From the NCBI GenBank assembly GCA_025558095.1, contig JAIVFI010000045.1:62001-126000 (forward strand): 64,000 nucleotides of DNA, in the 5' to 3' direction. Position numbers and translations under genes: made by a program. Positions within the stretch are counted from its first letter, which is position 1. Every line of letters starts with the position of its first letter. The notes beneath the pieces were generated by a model. The model was not told the origin of the DNA. It did no database searches and saw only the letters and a list, made by a program, of their open reading frames with translations. The DNA comes from Hyaloraphidium curvatum SAG 235-1. Taxonomy: Eukaryota; Fungi; Monoblepharomycota. Shown in pieces: positions 54,196 through 64,000 of this stretch.

Positions 54196-57194
54196 ATGGC
54201 TCCCCCGTCGGATCCCCCCGCGCCGCCCGCCGGCGGCAAGAAGAAGGGCGGTGCGGCCGCGGCCGTCGCCGCGCCGGCCGACGCCGCCGCCGACGCGCGC
54301 ATCGAGGCGCTCAAGGCCGCGCACGCAGACGGCCTCGCGCAGCTCGCCGAGATCTTCCCGGAGTGGACCGCCGACGACCTGGTGCTCGTGCTGGACGAGT
54401 CGCGCGGCGACGTCGACGTGGCGGTGTCGCGCATCAGCGAGGGTGCGTGAATGGGGCGCGAAACTGGTTCGCAGTTCCCCCGGGCTGACCACCCCCAACC
54501 GCAGGCCACGCATCGCAGTGGACTGCCGTGTCGGTCGAGAAGCCCAAGAAGGCCGGTGCGTCGCCGTAATCCGGCCCCCATCGGTCCGTCCCGCTCAGAC
54601 ACACCGCAGCGCCCAAGCCCGCTGAAAAGGCCGCGGAGGAGCCGGCGCCGCCCAAGCCGGCGCCGCTGCCGGAAAAACCCGCAGTCACCGCGCTGCCGCC
54701 AGTGAATGGAATCGCCACGAGGGGCGGATACCGCGGGACGCGCGGAGGTGCGTGGAGTTCCCCCTCGGACCGACCCTGCGCAGACTGACGCGCCGAAAAA
54801 TTCCTTTGCCGGCACAGGCGGCGTTGCCGGGCGCGGAGGACGCGGCGTTGCCCGTGTCGGACGTGGAGGGATGGTCATGGCCAACGGTGCGCCCGCCCTT
54901 GCGCCGCCGCTGCCCACCGAGGCTGACCATGCGCTCCCAGGCCACGCAACCCGCCCGCCGCGCCAGTCCGGCCCGACGGCCGACGGCGCCGACAACGACA
55001 AGACGGACGCCCCCGACGCGGCCTACACCAGCTGGTCCGATTCCCCCGCGGGGACCGAGGAACCCCCGGCGCCCGCATCCGGGGACGGCTGGTCCGGCGC
55101 CGCCGCCGGCGAGCCCGTCGAGCGTGCCGCGGCCAAGAAGCCGGTGCAGAAGCCAATCGGCGCGCGGCCGATCGGATCGACGAGGAAGGACGCGCCCCCG
55201 GCGGGCTCGGCCAAGCCGTTCGTGCCGGCCCCCGCGCCGTCCAAGCCGGTCAGCGCCGGGACGAGCTGGGCAAAGATTGCGGCGCCTGCAGCGCCCAAGT
55301 GGGTTTCCCCGGGCCGTTGCCGCGATCTCATTCTGACAAGTCGCTTCGCCGTACCCACAGGCCCGAGCCCACGGAGCAAAAGCCCCCCGCCCCGTCCCTC
55401 CCGGCCGCCCCCTCCGCCGGCGCCGGCGACCAGCCCCCCTCCAAGCCGTCCGACAAGGCCGTCGGTCCCCCCGGTCTGGCGGGCAAGCCCGGCGCCCGCG
55501 CGCCGCAGCCGCCCGCCGCGGCCGCCGCCGCCGGCGCGCCGGCCAAGCAGCAGCGCCAGGTGAAGCAGGAGGCCGCGGTGGTGATGCCGTCGTCGGTGAG
55601 CAACATCAAGGAGAACCTGGAGGCGCTGGGCGTCAAGTTCGGGAGCCTGGGGGTGCAGTCGCCTACGTGGGTTGCGGACGGGATGCCTCTGCCAGGGATC
55701 GTCGCTCACCGACGTCGAAGCAGCAGCGAGGCGGCCAAGCCCGTGCCCGAGCCGGAGCCGGTCCCGATTCCCGTGGAAGACAAGGCCGTCCAGGAGCGGC
55801 TGGAACCGCAGGAGGAGCCGGCGCCCCGCGAGGAGAAGAAGGTCGAGGAGGAGGCCGTTTCGCCGCAGCGCGTCGACCGGTGGGATCATCCGTGCCTGCC
55901 GTTCTCTGAACTTGGACGCCTTACTCTTTGTGATCTACAGTGCCGAGGCCGCGACGCAGGTTTCCCAGGCCGCAGGCGCGACCAACGGCCCCCTCGGGAG
56001 CCAGGAGTCCTCGCCGACACCGGCCGACAAGCCCGTCGAGCCCTTCGCCCAGCAGCCCGCCGGCCTCGAGATCCCGTCGCTGGGAACGAACGCCAACCAG
56101 GCGCAGCAGCTTTATTCGGCGATCAACGGCCTCGGCGCGGGCGGCCTCTGGCCGAGCTTCAACCCTGCGCTCAACGACTACCTCGCCATGTACGGCTTCA
56201 ACCAGCCCGCAGGCTCCATGAACCAGACGCCGGAGCTCAACGCCCTGGCGGCCATGAACAGCATGCGGGCCATGATGGGGTACCCGTACGACCCCAACAC
56301 CTACGCGCAGACGGCGCCCGCGATGCCCGCCGCGCAGAGCCAGCAGCCGCGCCAGCCAAGCCAGCTCGCCCCCGGCCGCGCCCCCGAGGGCGCTGGAGGG
56401 CAGCGCTTCGGCCCGTCAAGCACGCAGTCGCCCGACGCCGGCTTCCCGGGCCAGCCCGCGGCGACCGCCGCCCCGGCCATGCCCGGCGCCCAGCCCCCGG
56501 CCTCGTATGCCGCGCAGCCCGCCACCGGCTCGGCCGCGGCGCAGCTGGGCGGCATGCCCTTCTACGCGCAGCAGCCCTTCTACGCCTACCCGCCGCAGTA
56601 CGGGTACCCCGGCGCCGGGGCCAGCCAGCCCTCGCTGGGCGCCTACGGCGCCCGCGGGTACGGCATGTATTCCGGCGCGGGCGGGTCGGCCGCCCCCGGG
56701 GGCGGCGCGCCCGCTCCGGGCCCCAAGCCGCAGGCCTCGGCCGGCGCGGGCTACTACGGGTACGGCTTTGGGCCCGAGGGCGGCCAAGGCGGGGCCGGGC
56801 TGCAGCAGTCGCAGCTCGGGGATTACGGCAAGAACCTGTACGGGATGAGCGGGGCCGGGTTCGGCGGGTTCGCCGGGCAGGGGCTCGGAGGGCAGGAAGG
56901 GTTGGGCGGGCAGCCCAAGCAGCTCGGCGGATACGGAAAGGTGGGCTGACGGCGGGGCGCCAAACATTCAACGTTGCTGACCATCTCTGCAGCAGCAGGG
57001 TGGCTACGATTCGCAGATGTCTGGACCCGGAAGCCAGAGCAAGAACCCCTACGGCGGTCCTAACCAGGTGAGCATTCCTCTGCCTGCTTTTGCCCTGATC
57101 CCGGCTGACTTCGAGCCAGGGCCAGAGCTACAACCAAGGCTACTACCAGGGCGGCCGCTCGCAGGGCTATGCCGGCTGGAACCAGCAGAACTGA
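54196..57194 (+). CDS. CUE/UBA-domain Def1/UBAP2-like low-complexity protein
   Basis: LAEIFPEWTADDLVLVLDESRGDVDVAVSRISEG, RGG repeats, SWAKIAA, VVMPSS..LGVKFGSLG, and a Q/G/Y-rich C-terminus. Many introns. Confidence 0.8.
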
Positions 57195-57392
57195 ACGCCC
57201 GCGGGGACGGGCTCTATTTTTCGGGCGAGGAAGCCGGCGATGCAGCGGCCCACGCCCCGTGTACATTCTCAGCGCAGACGGGAGGATACCCCGTTGTCGA
57301 GAGCCAAAAGGACCTGAGTCGATTGAGGCTTCGCGGTGTAATGTTGTACCCCATACACCGTTTGGCTCTTATCTCGCGACGCACCGCCGTCT

Positions 57393-58361
57393 TTACTGGG
57401 CAAGCACCTCGCCCACGTTCTTCCGGATCACACGTATAATCCTGTCGGTGTTTTTCACCGAATCTGATCCGATCGCCGTCCGGAAGATGCTCCTGTAGTG
57501 AGCTGCAGCATCCCCTCCCTCAGCCGGGCGCGGTACCTTCATCCACGGCCAATACAGCGCCAAGGCCAGGCGCCAGTATTGCGGCCACGTGACGAGGTAG
57601 GCTCTTACCGACGCCGACAGTACGGGTAGGCGATCGAAAGTCGCCACGTCCAAAAGAGAGATCACGAGCGCCAACGCGTCCGAATCGAGGGCGGTGAAAA
57701 GAGTTCCGAGCGATTTCGGATCGGGAACGCCGTCCCGTTTCCACGGTTGTGGCCGATCCGGCCCGGTTTGGCCCGCCGGCGTGCTTTCCGGCGCCGGTGC
57801 AGCCAACGACGGCTTCGCCATCGCGAACCGCAGATTGCGCGGCAGCCCGCGGAACGCGTCGTTCCAAAAGTCTTCCGGTCCGCCGTAGTTAAAGTCCAGT
57901 CCCCGAGGCCAGCCGCCGAGGGGCCACCTTTCCCGGCGTCGGAACAGAATGAGCAGCCGTTCGAGGTTGGCATTGGCATGGAGCCCCGACAGCAGATCCC
58001 AGCACGCTCCGTGAATCGGAAATGAGTCCTCGCTTTTGAACGGGCGGAAAGACCTCCATTCGACCGTCCGTCCTTCGTCGTTTACCACGGGAGCCGTGAT
58101 AACGCAGCAGGATTTGACGCGTCCGCAGAAGAAGGTGCCGTGGCCCGTGAGGGCCACCCTGCCGCCTCCAGCTTCCCCGCTAGCCTCCCACGGCCTATAC
58201 AGGACGCGTAGATCCGCGAGCCAGAGGAGCGACGCGTCCGCGGTATCGCCCTCGGAGATCGGAGCCGGGTACCCGCAGACGAGGCCGCAGAGGGAGCAAT
58301 AGACGTGCCCGGAGCACGCCAGGCTCGGATAAGAAAGAAGCTGCGAGTCCAACGACGCCAT
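57393..58361 (-). CDS. Hypothetical fungal protein with an N-terminal CxxC and a C-terminal F-box-like motif
   Basis: YCSLCG, FPIHGACWDLL, FNYGG..FW, LFTALDSDALALVISLLD..L. Intronless. Confidence 0.7.
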   Translation of the reverse strand: MASLDSQLLSYPSLACSGHVYCSLCGLVCGYPAPISEGDTADASLLWLADLRVLYRPWEASGEAGGGRVALTGHGTFFCGRVKSCCVITAPVVNDEGRTVEWRSFRPFKSEDSFPIHGACWDLLSGLHANANLERLLILFRRRERWPLGGWPRGLDFNYGGPEDFWNDAFRGLPRNLRFAMAKPSLAAPAPESTPAGQTGPDRPQPWKRDGVPDPKSLGTLFTALDSDALALVISLLDVATFDRLPVLSASVRAYLVTWPQYWRLALALYWPWMKVPRPAEGGDAAAHYRSIFRTAIGSDSVKNTDRIIRVIRKNVGEVLAQ

Positions 58362-58496
58362 CGTTGGTCGATTCCACGCTGTTCAGAGCTCCCGATTGGT
58401 CGGTCGGCCGTCGCGGGCGGGCGATCGCGCGCCGCGCGCGCGGTCGTCCTTGCCTCCTGCCTTTGTTGACCACACTTAGGAACGCCGGCAGACACC

Positions 58497-60958
58497 ATGG
58501 CGGCCGAGATTCCGCCGCCGAAGATGACGCACGCGCAGGCAAATGCGCTGCTCACGGCTGCCGGTTCTCCCTTTGAGACGGAGGACATCGTCGTCCGCGG
58601 GATCAAGATGAAGATCTTCAAGCACGCTCCGAAGACGCTTGTCGAGATGTACAAGGCCGGCTTGGCTGTCGCGAAGCCGGAATCGGACTACCTTGTGCTC
58701 TACGATGAGAACGGGAGGCCTGCGGACCGTCTCACATGGGTTGGAACTAAGTTAATCCTCGAGCGGGTGACACTTCATACTTATTCTGCTTCCTCGACAG
58801 CGGCAATCGTCGGAAATCATCGCGGCCTTTGGTCACTTCATGCGGAATGAGCTCGGCGTCAAGAAGGTGGGAATTGGCAGCGGAAAGCCTTCGATCGACC
58901 TCATGAGTCCCCACACACTAGGGAGACCGCATCGCCCTCGCGTTGCGGAACTGGCCGGAATGGATCCTCGCTTTCTGGGCTGCTCAGACCCTTGGTGCTA
59001 TTGTGACGCCCCTCAACGGATGGTTCACGGGACCCGAGCTTTCGTACTGTCTCGAGAACTCTGGCACCTCCCTCCTGATCGCCGACGGGGAACGCTACGA
59101 GCGCCTCATCCCCGAGCTGGACGCCCTTCGCAAGGGCAACCTGAGGAACATCGTCGTCACGAGGCCCGTTGGCGGCAAGAAGTACCAGGGAACCGTTGCG
59201 TGGGCGGACGCGGTCGCGGCCGGGCGACGGATCGGAACCAGCCTACCCGAGACAGACATCCACCCAGACGACTCGTGCTCGATCTTTTACACCAGTGGCA
59301 CTACGTAGGTTCTAACGGCCGAGCGGCTACCTGAGGTGGCTGATCGCTTTTCAACTTCGTAGCGGAAAGCCTAAAGGCGCTGAGGGAACGAATCGGAATT
59401 GGTGCCAGCTCCTGCTCGTGTCCAACTTCCAAGGAGCGCGCCAGCTCGTGCGTCAGGGCGAACCGCTCCCCGAACCCGACCCGAACGCCATCCAGAGGGC
59501 CATCCTCATCTCGGTGCCACTCTTCCACGCCACCGGATATGCTTTCATGCAGGCCACAACGTTCCAGGTGAGCAAATTGTTCCCCGCACAGAATATGTAT
59601 CTTCACATCCAGGACCTTGCAGGGCGGGAAAGTAGTACTGATGTACAAGGTACAACCTCGTTCGGGTGGTTGTAGTGGTCATTTTCTCATGATTTGTTCC
59701 GCAGTGGGACCCGGAGACGGGACTGCGTATCCTGCAGGACGAAAAGATCACAGCTGCTGGAGGCGTGCCGAGCATGGTGTGGCAGATGATGGAGCACCCC
59801 AACTCCGACAAGTACGACATTTCGACGGTCGAGGGCTGGTACGTGGGCCGGGCGAGCGCTTGCGCCCATCGATGACATTCCACGTGCTCAGGACCTACGG
59901 TGGAGCGCCTAGCGCGCCGGAGCTTCGGCATGCTGTGGCCAAGAGGTCCCCGAAAGCACTCTCCATGAACGGCTACGGCATGTGAGTGGTGGCGTTGTCT
60001 CAAACTGGTGGATCCCACTGACCACCGGCCCGATTCTTCAAGGACCGAAACGACGGCCGGAGTGATCACCAACGTCCTCTATGACTACGCCAGGAAACCC
60101 GACTCGATCGGCTACCCCGTCGTGACCTGCGAGGTCAAGATTACCGACCCCGAGAACTTCTCCAAAGAGATGCCGAGGGGCCAAATCGGTGAAATCTGCA
60201 TGCGTGGGCCGCAGATCATCAAGAGCTACTGGAACAACCCCGAGGCGACGACCAAGTCGATCGTCGACGGGTATATGCGGTCTGGGGATCTTGGCTACAT
60301 GGACAATGAGGGTTTCGTTTACATTCGGGATCGCGCCAAGGATATGGTACGTCGTTTCAGCACCTTTTTGGAGCTCTAGACTGATGATTGTTGGCTCAAC
60401 AGCTGATCCGATCGGGCGAGAACATCTGTGAGTCTCTGCCGCCCCGGAAGCCGTGCTGCCCGCTGATCTGCTCCCTCTTCCAGACTGCATCGAAGTGGAA
60501 GACGCCCTCTACTCTCACCCGGCCGTCATGGAGGCCGCAGTCATCGGTCTCCCGGACGTGGGTTGTCCGACTTGGTCGATCGGCTCCTTCGCTGACCCCT
60601 CATTCTCCATTAGCGCATCTCGGGCGAGGAAGTCGGCGCCGTCATCCAGGTCAAGCCTGGAATGAAGACGACCCCGGAAGAGCTCATTGCTCACTGCAAG
60701 GGCAAGATCGCCCCATTCAAAGTTGGACTCTTTGTCTCGACGCGTGGTAGATGGCTCATTTCTTCGACAGGTCCCGATATTTGTTCAGATTCGCGAGACA
60801 GAGCTGCCTAAGAACCCGAACGGCAAGGTATTTCGCCGCCGCCGACCATCCCCGCATCCCGCTCATCGCTCGTGCCGCAGCCCATGAAGAGCATACTCAA
60901 GACCGAGGTCATCCCCGTCTACGAGCAGAGCAAGTCCGCGCCCAAGGCCAAGCTCTAG
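58497..60958 (+). CDS. AMP-dependent acyl-CoA synthetase (long-chain fatty acid-CoA ligase-like), PTS1 AKL
   Basis: IFYTSGTT|GKPK, VPLFHATG, NGYGM|TET, GEICMRGPQI, RSGDLG, DRAKDM, LPKNPNGK; ends AKL. About 11 introns. Confidence 0.93.
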
Positions 60959-62330
60959 AACTTGAACACCTGGTAGAGACTAATCAGCATGTAGCTTCCG
61001 ACTTCACCACGATTATCCCACCTCGGCTTCTGTGTACCCCATCTTCTTGAGCAAGCCCGAAAGCTCGCCCTGCGACTTGTCAGGCGCCTTGTCGCCCGAC
61101 ACGTGCTTCATCATGCCCGGCGGCCCGCACACGAGCACCCTGCCGCCCGACCCCGGCGCGGGCAGCTTCCCCGCCAGCATTTCCTCGGTGATGAACCCCT
61201 TGCCCTGCTTCCATCCCTCGGGAGCCTTATCGAGAGTGTAGTATAGGTGGAATCTGTCCTTGTACCTGGCGGCCCAGGCGTCGAGCAGGTCGCGGCAGAT
61301 GATGTCGTCCTCGGTCTGGTTGGCGAACAGCAGGTTGACGTGCGTCTTGTCGTTCGGGTTGCTGAGCACCTCGCGGGCGACCTGGATCATGGGGGTGATG
61401 CCCGAGCCGCCGGCGATCATGGTGATCTGCGGGATCTCGTTGGGTTTGTAGACGAACTTGACGAGGGGTCCCTTGAACTCGAGCTTGTCGCCGGGCTTGA
61501 GCGAGTGGATGTGCGAGGAGAGGACGCCCGTGGGGTACTTCCTGGATCGTGGAGCAAACGGTTAGCTACAAGGAAAGACGAAGTGACCATCAAGACCAAC
61601 TTGACGATGAGATCAAAGTACCCGTGCCCGTCCTCGGAAACCGGCGTGTACGGCCGGATTGCGTAGTCCGGCGTCCCGTCGGGCTTGTCCCCGACCTTGA
61701 CGCGGGTCATCAGGAACGACGCCGTCGTCATGCCCAGCCGCTCCTTGCCGTCCGGCAGCGCGAAGCGGAAGATGCCCGTGTTGGGCGTGATGAACTCGAC
61801 CTCCTTGACCGTGAAGGGCGTCCAGTCCATCTCCTTAGTCAGAGCGGGTGCCGATTCGGCCTTGATGGTCCCGAAGGGCCGGACGAGCAGGTCTGAAAGG
61901 GAGAGACATGTTTCGTAAGCCAGCATGAACCAGTCCCAACAATCCGGGGGCGGGGGACGCTTCGGCCCCAGCAGCTTCGTCAGAAACAGATGACCAGTGA
62001 AGCCAACTATCACTGATCTTTACGAGAAGAAAACAGCTGGCGAAGTGCTGTCTCCGGCCCGTGTGCAGCTGTCAACCGATCGGCTGTCTTCCGACCATTG
62101 ACACCGAATCCAACTCCCATGTGGATGATGAAGGACAACTTACAGGCGCCGAGAGCGGCAACCGAGCCCGCGATGGCCCCCCGGGCGCGGCTGGGAGCTG
62201 TTTGCGCCGACGACGAGAAGGCGCGTGCCGGGGCTGCCATCGGGGTCCGCACGGCCATGCGGGGGCCCAGAGGCACGGAGGAGCGCACGAGGCGCGAGAA
62301 TCCGCGCGTTACTGCGGCGTTGGCGGCCAT
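60955..62330 (-). CDS. MCR1: Mitochondrial NADH-cytochrome b5 reductase
   Basis: Presequence, IRPYTP, MIAGGSGITPM, LLFAN.TEDDI, VCGPPG, SQGELSGLL..GY...|VFKF*. Confidence 0.93.
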
Positions 62331-62423
62331 CGCAGCGGAATCCGAGTGTGTTTGCGGGAGGCAATCGACGCGATGATGGCGGTGCGCACGGCTCCATCAA
62401 TCGCGCTTCGGAGCCCCGCCAAG

Positions 62424-64000
62424 ATGTCCGCGTCGCCGCCGAGCAGCGCGATCGAGATTTCGCGGCCCGCCGGCGGCGATGACGACGCGTTCGGCCTCGG
62501 CAAGTCGGGCCCGAGCGGCGGGCGCCGGCAGCACTTCCTGTCGCGCTCGCCTCTCAAAGGCTCGCAGGGCGCGCCCGCGCAGCCGTCGGCGGACCAGCGC
62601 GCCGTGCGATACCTGCGCTCGCTGCCGGCCGTGCGCGAGCGGTGCGCCGCCGTGTTCGAGGCGTTCCAGAAGAAGGGCGAATCCGAGTACTTCACGCTCG
62701 ACCGCGTAATGGTCGACGACATCGCGGCCAAAGTCGTCGAGATCGGGCACAGGGACTACGGGACGGACGCCGGCATCGACCCCGCAAAGGTGCCGGCCCA
62801 CGCCCGCTGGCGGCACTACGCGGCTGGCGGCCCGGACCGCGCAGAGGCGCTGATCTCCGAGTGGGGTGCGGGTCCGAGATAGCCGGTTGACGCATTCCAT
62901 TCGCTCACCGGACGCGTCCTGCCAGGCTCCGAAGTCAATACGCTGGAAAAGACGCGTCGGTTGGTGGATTTGACGGTCATTTCGGTGCTCGTGGACGCGG
63001 GAGCGGGGCCGGATTGGAAGTACACAGAGGAGGGAGGCAAGACCTACACGCGCAGCGAAGGTCTGGCCGTGGCGAGCGTCGACATGTTCCGGAAGGGGCT
63101 GTTTTCCTCCAGCTCGACCTCGAAGCACCACGTTGATGGTGGGTCTTGGCTTTCTTCCAGAATCACCTCGTATCTGACGTCTCGCCCCGATCAGCCAAAG
63201 CCCTGAAATCGCTCCAGGCCCAGGCCCTCGCCGCCGCCTTCCAGCACTCGGACTCCAACCCCCTCGTCGGCCTCGAAGGCCGCCACGACCTGCTCAAGCG
63301 GCTCGGCGAGGCCCTCGAATCCTCCCCCCAGTTCTTCGACCCCGCCTTCGGCTCACCCAACCCTTCCCCGCGGCCGGGCAACATGGTCGACTACCTCCTC
63401 GGCAAATCCGAGCGCGTGGGCGAGATCTCCGAGTACGGCACGGGCGGGACCGTGCGCATCTCGCTCAAGGACCTGTGGGAGGTGCTCATCTCGGGCCTTG
63501 GACCTGTGTGGCCGAAGACGCGGACGCAGGTGGCCGGCCAGCCGATGGGCGACGTGTGGCCGTGCGCGCTGCTGGGGGATGGCACCGAAGCGCTGGTGCC
63601 GTTCCACAAGCTGACGCAGTGGATGGCCTACTCGCTCGTCGGGGTGCTGGAGCGCGTGGCAAGGTGGGAGGTGGCGGACCAGGAGCTGCTTACGGGGCTG
63701 CCCGAGTACAGTGGGTGTCCACGGTGCTCATGAAGCTGGTCGTTGTTGATTCGCTTCTTTTGCTGTGCAGGGAACGGCGGGATTATCGTCGACTACGGCC
63801 TGCTTATGGTCAAGGATCCCAAACTGATCGAAGAGCCCCTAGACGTCGGCCACCCTCTCATCGTGGAGTGGCGTGCGCTCACCGTCGCCCTGCTGGACAT
63901 GATCGCCGAGCGCGTGCGGCGGTACCTGAGGCTCACGCCCGAGCAGCTGCCGCTGGCAAAGGTGCTCGAGATGGGGACGTGGAAGGCCGGGAGGGAGGAG
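62424..64000 (+). CDS. URC4: URC4/urg3 (DUF1688) uracil-catabolism family protein, truncated at the right edge
   Basis: YLRSLPAVRERC, P.H.RWRH, SVLVDAGAG..WKY, RSEGLAVAS, LVGLEGR..LL, RPGNMVDYL, VPFHKLTQW..YSL, TGLPEYRNGG. Confidence 0.92.

Noticed and set aside
36341-62330. Secondary-metabolite cluster (OMT, GNAT, P450, acyl-CoA ligase, b5 reductase)
   Set aside because: No backbone synthase, and the genes are interspersed with housekeeping genes.
1-64000. Bacterial origin, prophage, CRISPR, tRNA or rRNA genes
   Set aside because: Abundant spliceosomal introns and eukaryote-specific genes; no arrays or RNA genes recognised by eye.

Overview
GC-rich, gene-dense eukaryotic DNA with many short (about 50-130 bp) GT-AG introns. 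It carries fungal hallmark genes: Zn2Cys6 transcription factors, a GPI-anchored chitin deacetylase, URC4, MCR1 and a Def1-like gene. The best inference is an early-diverging zoosporic-lineage fungus (Monoblepharidomycete/chytrid-like); this was not verified. About 35 genes can be modelled by hand. The right half is mostly housekeeping: BCKDH E1-beta, SR protein, prohibitin, EH-domain protein, P450, MAPR, acyl-CoA synthetase, MCR1 and URC4. The left and central parts are accessory. They hold a decayed 5'-truncated LINE with a (CCAGA)n tail, an inverted mosaic duplication, a frameshifted F-box-like/RING-Rcat chimera, three paralogous fungal TFs, several intronless bacterial-like enzymes and a spliced Cys-rich peptide gene missed by the ORF track. 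The strongest lead is a pair of paralogous 7-TM genes (27749-29352 and 30798-32302). Their loop-length pattern and C-terminal signature resemble insect gustatory/odorant-receptor-like 7TM ion channels (7TMIC/DUF3537), and both add a conserved His/Cys motif. They sit next to an EsV-1-7-repeat protein and a ricin-lectin/TM/SH3/pseudokinase receptor. All calls come from manual reading, with no database searches. Exon boundaries are approximate.
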